From Gammaproteobacteria bacterium (GTDB lineage: Bacteria; Pseudomonadota; Gammaproteobacteria; Eutrophobiales; Eutrophobiaceae), in contig OZ220696.1 in NCBI GenBank assembly GCA_965116495.1, positions 3,328,001-3,392,000 of the forward strand: a stretch of DNA of 64,000 bases, written 5' to 3'. Below the pieces are notes generated by a model. That model searched no databases. It was given only the letters and a program-made list of their open reading frames with translations, and had not been told where the DNA came from. Of the stretch, positions 31,492-41,919 are shown one piece after another (position 1 is the stretch's first letter; each line of letters begins with the position of its first letter). The position numbers and the translations under genes were made by a program.

Positions 31492-32556
31492 ATGTCTTTA
31501 GGACCGATAATGCTCGACCTGCGCGGCATTGAGTTACAGCCGGATGAGCGGGAAATGCTGTTACACCCGCTGGTGGGTGGGGTGATCCTGTTTGCCCGGA
31601 ACTTCCAGGACCCGGAGACGTTGATTTCCCTGACGTCCCAAATCCACGACCTGCGCAGCCCCCCGTTGCTGATTGCCGTTGATCATGAAGGAGGAAAGGT
31701 GCAGCGTTTTCACCGGGGTTTTACCCGTTTGCCGCCCAACCGTTGTTTCGGCGATCTCTACGGACTGGACGAGAAAAGAGCCCTGGCCCTGGTTGAAAAC
31801 AACGGCTGGTTGCTGGCAAGTGAACTGCTTTCAGTCGGTGTCGATTTCAGTTTTACCCCAGTGCTGGACCTGGATTCCGGCATCAGTTCCTTCCTCGGAG
31901 ACCGCGTTTACCATCGTTCACCCGAAGTTGTTGCGCACCTGGGACAGCGTTTGATGAAAGGAATGCATAATGCCGGCATGAGGGCGGTAGGCAAGCATTT
32001 CCCGGGACATGGCAATGTGAAGGGCGATTCCCACCATGAAATTCCGCTGGATGAGCGCAGTTACGGAGACATTTCAATGGCGGATTTGCTGCCGTTCGAA
32101 CGCCTGATCGATGCAGGACTGGCAGCCATCATGCCGGCACACGTCATTTACTCCCGGGTGGATGATAAACCCGCCGGGTTCTCGCCACCGTGGTTAAAAC
32201 GGATACTGCGCGGCAGGCTGAATTTCCAGGGCGTGATCTTCAGCGACGATATCAGCATGGCCGGCGCCGGGATCGCCGGAAGTTATGCGGAACGGGCATA
32301 CAGCGCGCTGGATGCCGGTTGTGACATGGTCCTGGTATGTAATAATCAACCCGCAGCCATGGCTTTGCTGGATGAGTTACAGGTCAACGCGGATCCGGCA
32401 TCCCAGTTGCGGCTGATGCAGATGCATGGCGAAAAGCCCGGATTGTCCTATAACGATTTATGCAACGATGAGAGGCGTGCGAGCATCGCCAGTGAAATAT
32501 CTGGTCTGGACGTGGCGCCGGAACTGGAGTTGGATGATGACGGCATTATGTCGTAA
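31492..32556 (+). CDS. nagZ: Beta-N-acetylglucosaminidase (GH3)
   Basis: VDHEGGKVQRF, KHFPGHG..GDSH and FSDDISM. Confidence 0.95.
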   Translation: MSLGPIMLDLRGIELQPDEREMLLHPLVGGVILFARNFQDPETLISLTSQIHDLRSPPLLIAVDHEGGKVQRFHRGFTRLPPNRCFGDLYGLDEKRALALVENNGWLLASELLSVGVDFSFTPVLDLDSGISSFLGDRVYHRSPEVVAHLGQRLMKGMHNAGMRAVGKHFPGHGNVKGDSHHEIPLDERSYGDISMADLLPFERLIDAGLAAIMPAHVIYSRVDDKPAGFSPPWLKRILRGRLNFQGVIFSDDISMAGAGIAGSYAERAYSALDAGCDMVLVCNNQPAAMALLDELQVNADPASQLRLMQMHGEKPGLSYNDLCNDERRASIASEISGLDVAPELELDDDGIMS

Positions 32557-33457
32557 CTGTCTTGCAATCTTCCTGTTGGTGTTCTCGACAGGCAGTGTTA
32601 TATCTGCAGAGCTCGTCTGCCGCCCGTTGCAGATCGAGGAAATTCCCTATGCCGGCCCCGAACGGTTCGGGCAGGGACTGTTATGGAAGGTGGGCAAGAA
32701 AGGCCTGGCGTCAAGTTACATATTCGGCACCATCCATGTTGCGGAACGTCATGTCAGCGCACAATTGGATAAGGTCAGGGATGTCCTGGCTGACAGTGAG
32801 ATATTTGTTATGGAAGCGGTCCCCGGGCCGAATGATATTGCCTTGTTTCGGCAGATGATGTTCTTCGCTGACGGCACCGGACTTAAGGACGTCATTTCAA
32901 CCGACCTGTATGAGGAAACACTTGCCGTGTTGAGTGCGTATCACTTGATGGAGGAAGACGTATCGACGATGAAACCCTGGGCGGCTTACCTGACCATGAG
33001 CTATCCGGCTGAGATGGGCGTTGTGCTGGACCAGCAACTGCTGTACCTGGCCAGGGAAGGGGAGATCAGTACCCGGGGTCTCGAATCGATGGAGGAACTG
33101 GGCAGCCTGTTCAATAGTTTTTCGCTAGCCGATCAGGTACGATTACTGACGGATGCAATCTGTCACCGTGAGATACTGGAGGGTGATTTTGCAAAAATGA
33201 TCTCGTTGTATACGCAGGGGGACCTGGCAGGGTTGTCTTCGTACGGCCAGCGCTATTCATTTGCCGATAATACGCTTTATGAAAGCTTGACTGAAAAAAT
33301 ATTGATCCAGCGAAACTACCGGATGGTTGAAAGAATGTGGCCGATGCTGAATACAGGTGCGGCGTTTATCGCCGTTGGCGCTTTGCACCTGCCCGGTGCA
33401 GAAGGCGTGCTGGCCCTGCTGGAAAAATATGACTATGAAATCACCCGGGTATTCTGA
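32534..33457 (+). CDS. TraB/GumN (TIKI) family protein with signal peptide
   Basis: SYIFGTIHV, GLES, RNYRM and FIAVGALHL. Confidence 0.85.
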   Translation: MMTALCRNCLAIFLLVFSTGSVISAELVCRPLQIEEIPYAGPERFGQGLLWKVGKKGLASSYIFGTIHVAERHVSAQLDKVRDVLADSEIFVMEAVPGPNDIALFRQMMFFADGTGLKDVISTDLYEETLAVLSAYHLMEEDVSTMKPWAAYLTMSYPAEMGVVLDQQLLYLAREGEISTRGLESMEELGSLFNSFSLADQVRLLTDAICHREILEGDFAKMISLYTQGDLAGLSSYGQRYSFADNTLYESLTEKILIQRNYRMVERMWPMLNTGAAFIAVGALHLPGAEGVLALLEKYDYEITRVF

Positions 33458-33479
33458 TGCAAATGCCGACGAGACACTG

Positions 33480-34580
33480 ATGGACTATAACCAGCTGTTA
33501 ACCTACGTTCAGGATTATCTGAATGAGGGAACCTCTCTTATACAGGCGTTGGTCGTTCTCCTTGCTGCATTGCTCATCGACTGGACACAGAAGCGCGTAA
33601 TAACAAGGTTACTGGAGAGATCCGGCAAAACACGGACGTACTGGGACGATGCCTTGCTCGAAGCAGCAGGCAAGCCGTTAAGCCTGCTGATATGGGTTCT
33701 TGCGCTTACCTTTGCTGTTGACGTTGCAAAAAGTGAATCGGAAGCTGTTATCTTTACGGTCGTCGACCCCATTCGCGACGTAGGCGCAATCACTGCCTTC
33801 ACCTGGTTTTTGGTCAGGTTTGTGACGCGGGTTGAGACACATATGCTCAGCGCGCGTTTGCAGGCGGGCAAGCCGTTTGACCGCACTACCGCCAATGCCA
33901 TCGCTAAGTTGCTGCGCATCTCTGTTATCGTCATCGCATTCCTGGTCATATTACAGACCCTGGGGTACAGCATAGCCGGGGTGCTGGCCTTCGGTGGTGT
34001 GGGCGGTATCGTGGTCGGGTTCGCAGCCAGAGATTTACTGGCCAATTTTTTCGGCGGATTGATGATTTACCTGGATCGGCCATTTGATGTAGGCGACTGG
34101 ATACGTTCGCCTGATAAAGAGATAGAAGGGACAGTGGAGCACATCGGCTGGAGATTGACCCGGATACGCACCTTTGACAAGAGGCCGCTGTACGTTCCCA
34201 ATTCCGTATTTGCCAATATTGCCGTGGAGAACCCGCAGCGGATGACCAACCGGCGCATCTACGAGACCATAGGGATTCGCTATGATGATGCGGGCAAGAT
34301 GGCCGCGATTACCCGTGATGTAAAACAGATGCTGCGCGAACATCCGGAAATAGATACGAACCAGACCATGATCGTCAATTTTGTCGCGTTCGCGCCCTCA
34401 TCGCTGGATTTTTTCGTTTATACATTCACCAAAACGACTGAGTGGATCAGGTTTCATGAAATCAAGGAGGACGTGATGCTGAAAATTATTGAAATTATCG
34501 AGCGGCACGGCGCCGAGAGCGCTTTTCCGACCTCGACGATACATATTGCCCGGGAACAGGACATCGGGCCACAGGCCTGA
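33480..34580 (+). CDS. Small-conductance mechanosensitive channel (MscS/YnaI-like)
   Basis: GGVGGIVVGFAA, DRPFDVGDWI and GTVEHIGWR. Confidence 0.92.
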   Translation: MDYNQLLTYVQDYLNEGTSLIQALVVLLAALLIDWTQKRVITRLLERSGKTRTYWDDALLEAAGKPLSLLIWVLALTFAVDVAKSESEAVIFTVVDPIRDVGAITAFTWFLVRFVTRVETHMLSARLQAGKPFDRTTANAIAKLLRISVIVIAFLVILQTLGYSIAGVLAFGGVGGIVVGFAARDLLANFFGGLMIYLDRPFDVGDWIRSPDKEIEGTVEHIGWRLTRIRTFDKRPLYVPNSVFANIAVENPQRMTNRRIYETIGIRYDDAGKMAAITRDVKQMLREHPEIDTNQTMIVNFVAFAPSSLDFFVYTFTKTTEWIRFHEIKEDVMLKIIEIIERHGAESAFPTSTIHIAREQDIGPQA

Positions 34581-34594
34581 CCGGTTTCCGCATC

Positions 34595-35422
34595 ATGCTA
34601 TTGAAGTTTACAAAAATGCACGGGCTGGGCAATGACTTCGTGGTGATCAATGCACTGGAACAGGCCGTTGAACTGGGCACGGAGCAAATCAAGCGGATTG
34701 CGGACCGCAGGCTCGGGATCGGTTGCGACCAGTTGCTGGTAATCCGCCCTGGTCGCCGGGAACGGGCTGATTTTAGTTGCAGTATTTATAACGCGGACGG
34801 CAGTGAGGCCGAACAATGCGGTAACGGCCTACGCTGCGTGGCAGCTTTCCTGCGGGATAACGGTCTCATCAGTAAAGATGAACTGGTCGCTGAGACCGGG
34901 GCCGGATTGGTAAAACTGTACCATGAGGGTGATTTGGTGCAGGTGAATATGGGTGTCCCGAATTTCGAACCCGCGGATATCCCGCTTGCCGTCACCGAGG
35001 AGCGACAGTTCTACAACCTCGACGTGGACGGAATGAACATTGAGTGCGTAGCCCTGTCCCTGGGAAACCCCCATGCCGTGTTGCTGGTGAAAGACGTTGA
35101 CGATGCCCCTGTAGCCGGGCTCGGTCCAGAGGTTCAGCGCCAGGCCTTGTTTCCCAACGGAGTAAACGTGGGGTTTATGCAAATCCTGGACAATTCGCAC
35201 ATCAGGTTGCGTGTGTTCGAACGCGGCGCCGGTGAGACACCGGCCTGCGGCAGCGGGGCCTGCGCGGCCGTTGTAGCGGGAATTAAGGTGTATAGTCTTG
35301 ACAAGAATGTCGATGTATCATTGCCAGGCGGCAGTTTAGCGGTATCATGGGCGGGTGACCCAGAACCGGTTCGGATGACAGGCCCGAGCGCAACAGTATA
35401 CGAGGGAAGTATTAACTTATGA
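34595..35422 (+). CDS. dapF: Diaminopimelate epimerase
   Basis: KMHGLGNDF, CGNGLRC, GNPH and ERGAGETPACGSG. Confidence 0.96.
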   Translation: MLLKFTKMHGLGNDFVVINALEQAVELGTEQIKRIADRRLGIGCDQLLVIRPGRRERADFSCSIYNADGSEAEQCGNGLRCVAAFLRDNGLISKDELVAETGAGLVKLYHEGDLVQVNMGVPNFEPADIPLAVTEERQFYNLDVDGMNIECVALSLGNPHAVLLVKDVDDAPVAGLGPEVQRQALFPNGVNVGFMQILDNSHIRLRVFERGAGETPACGSGACAAVVAGIKVYSLDKNVDVSLPGGSLAVSWAGDPEPVRMTGPSATVYEGSINL

Positions 35423-36120
35423 GCATGACAGAGAAAATATCGGACGGAACTTCCGTAACCGCCGAAGACATTGAAATTTATCTCCGGAACAACCCGGATT
35501 TCTTTCTCAGCCGGGCCGAACTTCTGGCCGAAATATCCATACCGCACAGGTCCGGTGAGGCTGTCTCCCTGGTGGAAAAGCAAGTCAAGGTGTTGCGCGA
35601 ACAGAACGAACAGGCGCGCAAACGGCTGCATGAATTAATAGAAATAGCCAAGTTGAATGAAGACCTGGCGCACCGTATGCACCATCTGGTGCTGACCTTG
35701 ATAGATGCGGACGACCCGCAGGAGATAGTCAAAACACTCTATGAAAACCTGAAGCGTAACTTCAGGGCTGAGAGGGTGGCGATAAGATTGTTTGCAGAGG
35801 CGGCAGCAACCGAAGACTATGCCATGACCGAGTTTGTCGGGAACGAGTCTGGCGCTGAGGAGTTGTTCAAGACATTGATTGAGAAGCGTCTGCCCACCAT
35901 AGGTGTGCCGGACTCGGGACAACAGGCATTTTTGTTTGGACCCGACGGCACTGAAATTACGTCCGTGGTCTTAGTCCCTTTGCGCGGTAGCGACTGGGGT
36001 GGAGTAATGGCGATCGGCAGCCGCGACCCCGACCGTTTCCAGCAAGGCATGGGAGTTGAACTGCTGGCAAACCTGGGTGAGGTGCTCAGCTTCATCCTGA
36101 AACCCTGGATAGCCCCATAG
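35419..36120 (+). CDS. DUF484 (YigA) family protein
   Basis: YLRNNPDFF, AVSLVEKQ and RFQQGMG; lies between dapF and xerC. Confidence 0.88.
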   Translation: MSMTEKISDGTSVTAEDIEIYLRNNPDFFLSRAELLAEISIPHRSGEAVSLVEKQVKVLREQNEQARKRLHELIEIAKLNEDLAHRMHHLVLTLIDADDPQEIVKTLYENLKRNFRAERVAIRLFAEAAATEDYAMTEFVGNESGAEELFKTLIEKRLPTIGVPDSGQQAFLFGPDGTEITSVVLVPLRGSDWGGVMAIGSRDPDRFQQGMGVELLANLGEVLSFILKPWIAP

Positions 36121-36121
36121 T

Positions 36122-37015
36122 GTGAAGCAATCCGAAGTCGCCAAGATCGATGCGTTCCTGGGGACCCTGCAGCATCTCTCAGGCCATACGCGCAAGGCTT
36201 ATACCGGCGATCTTGCATTTTTTCTGGAATATTGCGAACAACTCGATGTGAACGGATGGCAGGACCTCGACGGCCGCCAGATACGGGGATATGTCACACA
36301 AAGACACAGACAGGGGATAGGCGGGCGCAGTTTGCGGCGCAACCTGTCTTCGGTCAGGGCGTTCTACAAGTACCTGCTGACCAGGGGTGAGGTAACACAG
36401 AACCCGGCAGAAGGGATCACTGCACCCAGGACTGAAAAGAGATTACCGAAGACACTGGATGTGGAACAGTCTGCCCGATTGGTCGAAATCAAGGGAGACA
36501 GGGAACTGGCCGTGCGTGACAGGGCTATCCTGGAATTGATGTATTCATCGGGTCTGCGACTGGCGGAATGTGTCGGGCTGGACCTGTACAGTATAGAAAT
36601 CAGGGATGCGCTGGTAACCGTCAGGGGAAAAGGGAACAAGACGCGCAAGGTGCCGGTGGGGAAATATGCCCTGGATGCAGTAAGCGCCTGGCTGAAAGTC
36701 AGGCCGCAGTTGGCGAAACTGGAAGAGAACGCCTTGTTTGTCAGTACCCGGGGCAACCGGCTCAGCACCCGTTCCGTCCAGCAACGCCTGCGCCACTGGG
36801 CATTGAAACAGGGCCTGGACACCCACGTGCATCCGCACATGCTGCGCCATTCATTTGCCACGCACATGCTCGAATCCAGCGGCGATCTCAGGGCGGTACA
36901 GGAATTATTGGGGCACGCCGATATCAGCACCACGCAAATCTACACCAACCTGGACTTCCAGCACCTGGCCGGCGTATACGATCAGGCCCACCCCCGGGCC
37001 AGGAAGAAACGGTGA
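36122..37015 (+). CDS. xerC: Tyrosine recombinase XerC
   Basis: SSGLR, HPHMLRHSFA, LLGH...TTQIYT and YDQAHPRA; dapF-yigA-xerC synteny. Confidence 0.93.
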   Translation: MKQSEVAKIDAFLGTLQHLSGHTRKAYTGDLAFFLEYCEQLDVNGWQDLDGRQIRGYVTQRHRQGIGGRSLRRNLSSVRAFYKYLLTRGEVTQNPAEGITAPRTEKRLPKTLDVEQSARLVEIKGDRELAVRDRAILELMYSSGLRLAECVGLDLYSIEIRDALVTVRGKGNKTRKVPVGKYALDAVSAWLKVRPQLAKLEENALFVSTRGNRLSTRSVQQRLRHWALKQGLDTHVHPHMLRHSFATHMLESSGDLRAVQELLGHADISTTQIYTNLDFQHLAGVYDQAHPRARKKR

Positions 37016-37146
37016 TCCAAGCCCACCCCAGGGCCAGGAAGAAACAGGAATCCAGGCCCTCGTCATTCCTGGGCAAGCCTGTCCCTGTATGGCGTTGAGC
37101 AGGGGCAGGAATCCACGAAGTAGCTTCCCGCTTCCGCGGGAATGGA
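36986..37146. repeat. Duplicated xerC 3' end (35-bp period) followed by a REP doublet with a nested hairpin element
   Basis: GCCCACCCCMGGGCCAGGAAGAAAC at 36986 and 37021; CGTCATTCCTGGGCAA[GCCTGTCCCTGTATGGCGTTGAGCAGGGG]CAGGAATCCA at 37061. Confidence 0.8.
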
Positions 37147-37620
37147 TTAACGGCTCTTCAACAGCCGCCGTTTTTGCAGTTGCCAGTCCCGGTCCCGTTC
37201 AGTCCGACGCTTGTCATGGATCTTTTTACCTTTAGCTACCCCGATTGCCAGCTTGGCCCGGCTGCCTTTCCAATACATCGTCAGCGGGATCACGGTATAT
37301 CCCTGCCGTTCCACTGCGCTGGTCAGCCGCTTAATCTCAGCACGGTTCAGCAATAGTTTCCGGGTCCGTTGCGGGTCGGGTTTGATATGAGTCGAAGCCG
37401 TCGGCAAGGGTGTAATCAAGGCGCCGAACAGGAAAGCCTCCCTGTCTTTCAGCAGGATGTAACTTTCATTAATCTGGATTTTCCCGGCACGCAGGCTTTT
37501 CACTTCCCATCCCTGCAGGACCAGACCGGCCTCAAATTTATCCTCGATATAAAATTCAAATCGCGCCTTTTTGTTCAGAGCAATCGTATTATCCGGCGTT
37601 TTGCTTTTCTTTTTCGTCAC
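37147..37620 (-). CDS. smpB: SsrA-binding protein
   Basis: [23 protein letters not shown] and [10 protein letters not shown]. Confidence 0.97.
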   Translation of the reverse strand: MTKKKSKTPDNTIALNKKARFEFYIEDKFEAGLVLQGWEVKSLRAGKIQINESYILLKDREAFLFGALITPLPTASTHIKPDPQRTRKLLLNRAEIKRLTSAVERQGYTVIPLTMYWKGSRAKLAIGVAKGKKIHDKRRTERDRDWQLQKRRLLKSR

Positions 37621-37657
37621 CAGTATTCATGCGGGGAATATTCACCCGGAGTATAGC

Positions 37658-37779
37658 ATTTCATGGGTGTCCCAAAATTATCCCCCAATTCAGGACACCC
37701 ATAAATTTGAGGATAAGAAGACAAATTCAGGACACTCATGAATTTGGGAGGATGAGTGAATTCATGGATGTCCCAAATT
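37658..37779. repeat. Four copies (+,-,-,+) of a 21-bp motif AATTYATGGGTGTCCYRAATT
   Basis: Copies at 37658, 37687, 37724 and 37759. Confidence 0.85.
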
Positions 37780-37853
37780 CGGGCAGTTATGGAGGTGTGC
37801 TTGTATAACACGGGAATTTCCCGCAGAATTGCCGGAAATAGAGAGAGGACATT

Positions 37854-39221
37854 ATGGCTGCTGACCGCACTTCTGTTCATGGCCAGTGGTCGTCGAGGTG
37901 GATATTCATCCTGGCGGCTACCGGTTCTGCCGTTGGACTGGGCAATATCTGGCGCTTTCCGTATATCACCGCGGAACATGGCGGTGGTGCTTTTGTGCTG
38001 ATCTACCTGGTCTGCATCATCCTGGTGGGTGTGCCGATCATGATGTCCGAGATCATGCTGGGGCGCCGCGGGCGCCGCAGTCCCATCCATACCATGGAGA
38101 TCCTGGCTGAGGAGGAAGGATGCAGCAGGCACTGGCGCCTGGTCGGTGTATTGGGGGTGTTTGCCGGATTTATTATCCTTACCTTCTACAGTATCGTGGC
38201 GGGCTGGACCCTGGCGTATATCCTGCGCGCCCTGTCAGGCATGTTTATCCAGGCCAGCGCGCAACAAACGCAGGATATCTTTGCCGCCCTGGTGTCCGAC
38301 CCGGAGCGATTGCTGGCCTGGCATACCATTTTTATGATCATGACCGTATTTGTCGTCTCGAGGGGGGTAAAAAAAGGCCTGGAGCAGGCAGTGCGCTACC
38401 TTATGCCGGCGTTGTTTGTGCTGTTGCTGTTCCTGGTGGTTTATTCCATGACGACCCCGGGTTTTTCGCAAGCGCTGTCATACCTGTTCAAACCGGATTT
38501 TAGCCAGATCGGACCCTCAACCATACTGGTTGCCCTGGGCCAGGCATTTTTCAGTTTGAGCCTGGGTATGGGCGCCATCATGACCTACGGATCGTATCTT
38601 TCCAAACGCGCTTCCATCTCCGGTACGACCGGGTCCATAGTGGTTATGGACACCGGTGTCGCGCTGCTCGCCGGCCTGGCCATATTCCCCATCATGTTCA
38701 GTTACGGTCTGCAGCCGGAAGAAGGCGGACCGGGGCTGATATTTCAAATATTGCCGATTGCATTCGGCCAGATGGTTTACGGGCGTATCCTGGCCGTGAT
38801 TTTCTTTACCTTGCTGATGTTTGCTGCCTGGACCTCTGCCCTGTCCATACTTGAGCCTATCACCGCCTGGCTGGTGGAAAAGACGGGCTATTCCAGGATG
38901 CGGGCGGCAATCCTGTCCGGAACAGTTGCCTGGATACTGGGATTGGGCTCGTTGCTGTCCCTGAACCTCTGGTCCGGGGTAAAATTTTTCGGGATGACTT
39001 TCTTTGGCCTGATGGAGCACCTGTCGGTCAATATCATGCTGCCGGTAGGAGGCCTGCTGATAGCCGTGTTTGCCGGCTGGTTTATGGCCAGGTCAGCTTC
39101 TTTTGACGAACTGAAATTAAACGGGAACGCATACCTGGCCTGGAAAGTGGCAGCCATGTTTATCGCTCCGGCCGGAGTGATTTTAATCCTGTTGCAGGAG
39201 TTGTTCGGATTTCTGGGCTGA
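37854..39221 (+). CDS. Sodium-dependent transporter, NSS (SNF) family
   Basis: GSAVGLGNIWRFPY and GQAFFSLSLG. Confidence 0.94.
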   Translation: MAADRTSVHGQWSSRWIFILAATGSAVGLGNIWRFPYITAEHGGGAFVLIYLVCIILVGVPIMMSEIMLGRRGRRSPIHTMEILAEEEGCSRHWRLVGVLGVFAGFIILTFYSIVAGWTLAYILRALSGMFIQASAQQTQDIFAALVSDPERLLAWHTIFMIMTVFVVSRGVKKGLEQAVRYLMPALFVLLLFLVVYSMTTPGFSQALSYLFKPDFSQIGPSTILVALGQAFFSLSLGMGAIMTYGSYLSKRASISGTTGSIVVMDTGVALLAGLAIFPIMFSYGLQPEEGGPGLIFQILPIAFGQMVYGRILAVIFFTLLMFAAWTSALSILEPITAWLVEKTGYSRMRAAILSGTVAWILGLGSLLSLNLWSGVKFFGMTFFGLMEHLSVNIMLPVGGLLIAVFAGWFMARSASFDELKLNGNAYLAWKVAAMFIAPAGVILILLQELFGFLG

Positions 39222-39222
39222 T

Positions 39223-39660
39223 GTGGGCCAGGTAAACAGGACATCTGTCGTGCCGTTCACGTCCGGGCAGATGTTTGCGCTGGTGAACGACGTCGAATCC
39301 TATCCCGCATTTTTACCCTGGTGCAGCGCCGCCGGGGTCGAAGGCGCTGGCGAGGACCACCTGGTTGCGACGATCACCCTGTCCCTGGGCAAGATTCAAC
39401 AATCGGTGACTACCAGTAATTCCTTGCAACCGGGAAAGCGAATTGACATGGAACTGGTCAGGGGACCGTTACGGTACCTGCATGGTGTCTGGCGCTTTGA
39501 CGATGTCGACGGCGGAAATTGCCGGGTGAACCTGGACCTCGATTTTGAGTTTAACAACAAAATTCTCAAGCTCGCACTGGACAAGGCATTCGGACACCTG
39601 TCGTATGCATCAGTTGACGCGTTCAGGAACAGGGCAAGGCAGGTATATGGGAGGTGTTGA
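39223..39660 (+). CDS. ratA: RatA/PasT (START/Coq10 domain)
   Basis: MFALVNDVESYPAFLPWC; near smpB. Confidence 0.9.
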   Translation: MGQVNRTSVVPFTSGQMFALVNDVESYPAFLPWCSAAGVEGAGEDHLVATITLSLGKIQQSVTTSNSLQPGKRIDMELVRGPLRYLHGVWRFDDVDGGNCRVNLDLDFEFNNKILKLALDKAFGHLSYASVDAFRNRARQVYGRC

Positions 39661-39952
39661 TACCCGCGAAGCGCTTTCAGCGTTAGTTGAAGTTGAAATC
39701 GTTTATGGCAGAACCGGGGCTGCACAGGTAATCAGGCAGCAGGTCCCGGGCAACACGACGCTGAGACAAGCGATTGAACAATCAGGGATCCTGGAAATGT
39801 ACCCGGACATTGACCTGGACAGTAATTCAGTCGGAATATTCAGCAGGAAAAGAGAACTACACGAGCCGGTGCACGGCGGTGACCGTATAGAGATTTACCA
39901 GGCGTTAAAGGTGGATCCCAAAGAGGCGCGCCGGCGCCGCGCCAAGAAGTGA
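39647..39952 (+). CDS. ratB: RnfH/RatB ubiquitin-like protein
   Basis: VGIFS and GDRIEIYQALKVDPKEARRRRA. Confidence 0.88.
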   Translation: MGGVDTREALSALVEVEIVYGRTGAAQVIRQQVPGNTTLRQAIEQSGILEMYPDIDLDSNSVGIFSRKRELHEPVHGGDRIEIYQALKVDPKEARRRRAKK

Positions 39953-39970
39953 TCGGCCGGCCGGATACCC

Positions 39971-40990
39971 ATGGCATTGCTCAATATCAACTTGCACTCG
40001 ACGCCGCGCTATAAAATAGTACTGCTGTTCTCCGCCTTGTTCGCCATCGCCGTCGTCACGGGCCTGGTTGCGCTGGCCAGCGGGTCCGTACCGGTACCGC
40101 TACGGGAAGTGATCGGTATCCTGCTGGAGCAGCCGCCGGGAATCAACGCGCAGATCATCCTGGACCTGCGTCTGCCCAGGGTCAGTTCAGGCTTCGTCGT
40201 CGGGGGTATGCTGGCGCTGGCGGGTGCGCTGATGCAGGTATTGTTGCGCAACCCGCTGGCAGAACCTTATATCCTGGGTATTTCCGGCGGCGCCTCCGTG
40301 TTTGCGTTGCTGGCCATCAGCATGGGGCTGGCCGGGGTGTGGCTTACCATGGGCGCCTGCGTCGGCGCATTGTTGACCATGTTCATGGTATTCATATTTT
40401 CGGGTTCCGGCGTCGGTTGGAATCCCCTGAAGGTGCTCCTGACGGGTGTCGTCATAGCGGCCGGCTGGGGCGCGCTAATCAGTTTTCTCCTGGCCATCAG
40501 CCCGGCAGCCAAGCTGCATAATATGTTGTTCTGGCTGATGGGCGACCTGAGCTTCAGCCAGCCCGGCAACCGTTATTTCCTGGTGTTGCTCCTGGCCGTC
40601 ATCCTGGCCATGTATTACTCTCGGGCCTTGAATTTACTGGCAGTCGGCGATTTGCAGGCCGCGGCACTGGGCGTCTCCGTTAACCGGTTGCGTGTGTTTA
40701 CCTATTTCCTTGCGTCAATATTGACGGCGGCGGCAGTCATACAGGCAGGGAGCATAGGTTTTATCGGCCTGATCATTCCACACGCGGTCAGGTTGCTGAT
40801 CGGCAACGACAATCGCCTGCTGTTACCGGCCTCGGTGCTGGCGGGGGGTATTCTGCTTGTGTTTGCCGATATGCTGGCGCGCACCATGCTGGCGCCCAGG
40901 CAACTGCCCGTCGGTGTTCTGACGGCGCTGATCGGCGTGCCTGTATTTCTCCTGCTACTGCAGTCCACTGCCGCAAGGCAAAGACCATGA
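39971..40990 (+). CDS. btuC: FecCD/BtuC-family ABC permease (probably cobalamin)
   Basis: LRLPRV, LLRNPLAEPYILG and IGFIGLIIPH; cobalamin gene context. Confidence 0.75.
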   Translation: MALLNINLHSTPRYKIVLLFSALFAIAVVTGLVALASGSVPVPLREVIGILLEQPPGINAQIILDLRLPRVSSGFVVGGMLALAGALMQVLLRNPLAEPYILGISGGASVFALLAISMGLAGVWLTMGACVGALLTMFMVFIFSGSGVGWNPLKVLLTGVVIAAGWGALISFLLAISPAAKLHNMLFWLMGDLSFSQPGNRYFLVLLLAVILAMYYSRALNLLAVGDLQAAALGVSVNRLRVFTYFLASILTAAAVIQAGSIGFIGLIIPHAVRLLIGNDNRLLLPASVLAGGILLVFADMLARTMLAPRQLPVGVLTALIGVPVFLLLLQSTAARQRP

Positions 40991-41113
40991 GTCCGGCGAT
41001 CCACGGCAGGCGCCGGCAAAAGCAATTTATGGGTGTCCCAAATTTACGGAAAACAGCAATTTATGGGTGTCCCAAATTTACGGTAAGGACCGTGAGTCCG
41101 GCGACCCACGGCA
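40983..41113 (+). repeat. Two 29-bp tandem copies of the GGGTGTCC motif bracketed by 26-bp direct repeats
   Basis: GACCRTGAGTCCGGCGAYCCACGGCA at 40983 and 41088; AGCAATTTATGGGTGTCCCAAATTTACGG at 41021 and 41055. Confidence 0.88.
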
Positions 41114-41150
41114 TGTGTCGCGGCGCCGTTATCTTCAGGGCGGACTGCAA

Positions 41151-41918
41151 ATGCTGAATTTTTACACAGAAGGGTTGACCGTACGTGCTGGGCAGAAATT
41201 GATCTGCCGGGATTTCAACCTGAACATCAGCGCGGAAGAACATTGGGGAATACTGGGCGGCAACGGGGTTGGAAAAACGACCCTGCTGCATACGCTGGCC
41301 GGATTGAAGAAACCGGTCGGCGGCAGGATCATGCTGGATGGTATTGACCTGCATAATTACCGACGCCTGCACCTGGCCCGCAAGGTCGGTGTATTATTCC
41401 AGGACAGCCAGGATACGTTTCCTGCGACTGTGAAGGAAACCGTGCTGGCGGGGAGGTATCCTTACCAATCGTTCTGGCCGCCTGATCAGCGCGCAGACCT
41501 TGACCTGGCAGATACGGCACTGGCGCAGTTAAACCTGTCGCAGATGCAGGCTCGGCAGGTGGATACCCTGTCGGGCGGGGAACGCCGCCGCCTGGCCATA
41601 GCCACCTTGTTTTTGCAGGACCCCGTGCTGTGGTTGCTGGATGAACCGACCAACCATCTCGATTTCCACCACCAGATTCAAATCCTCGACCTGATAGGGC
41701 AACGGGTCAGGGACAGGAACGGGGCCTTGTTGATGGTGCTGCACGACGTCAACCTGATCAGCCGCTATTGCAGTCACGCAATCCTGATGCCGGGTACGGA
41801 ACAGATGCTGTGCGGCGAAGTTGCAACGATTATAAACAAGGCCAACCTGGAAACCCTGTACCGGCATCCCATCCACGAGTTGACGAGTGCCGGGCGGACG
41901 TTCTATTTCCCTGCGTGA
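41151..41918 (+). CDS. btuD: ABC transporter ATP-binding protein (BtuD/FecE-like)
   Basis: GGNGVGKT, LSGGE and LLDEPTNHLD. Confidence 0.72.
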   Translation: MLNFYTEGLTVRAGQKLICRDFNLNISAEEHWGILGGNGVGKTTLLHTLAGLKKPVGGRIMLDGIDLHNYRRLHLARKVGVLFQDSQDTFPATVKETVLAGRYPYQSFWPPDQRADLDLADTALAQLNLSQMQARQVDTLSGGERRRLAIATLFLQDPVLWLLDEPTNHLDFHHQIQILDLIGQRVRDRNGALLMVLHDVNLISRYCSHAILMPGTEQMLCGEVATIINKANLETLYRHPIHELTSAGRTFYFPA

Positions 41919-41919
41919 T

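Noticed and set aside
36122-37015. Phage or island integrase
   Set aside because: The dapF-yigA context and the AHPRA C-terminus identify housekeeping XerC.
37016-37146. tmRNA (ssrA) beside smpB
   Set aside because: The gap is too short and consists of repeats; no tmRNA termini were seen.
39223-39952. ratA-ratB as a novel toxin-antitoxin system
   Set aside because: This is a well-known conserved pair near smpB.
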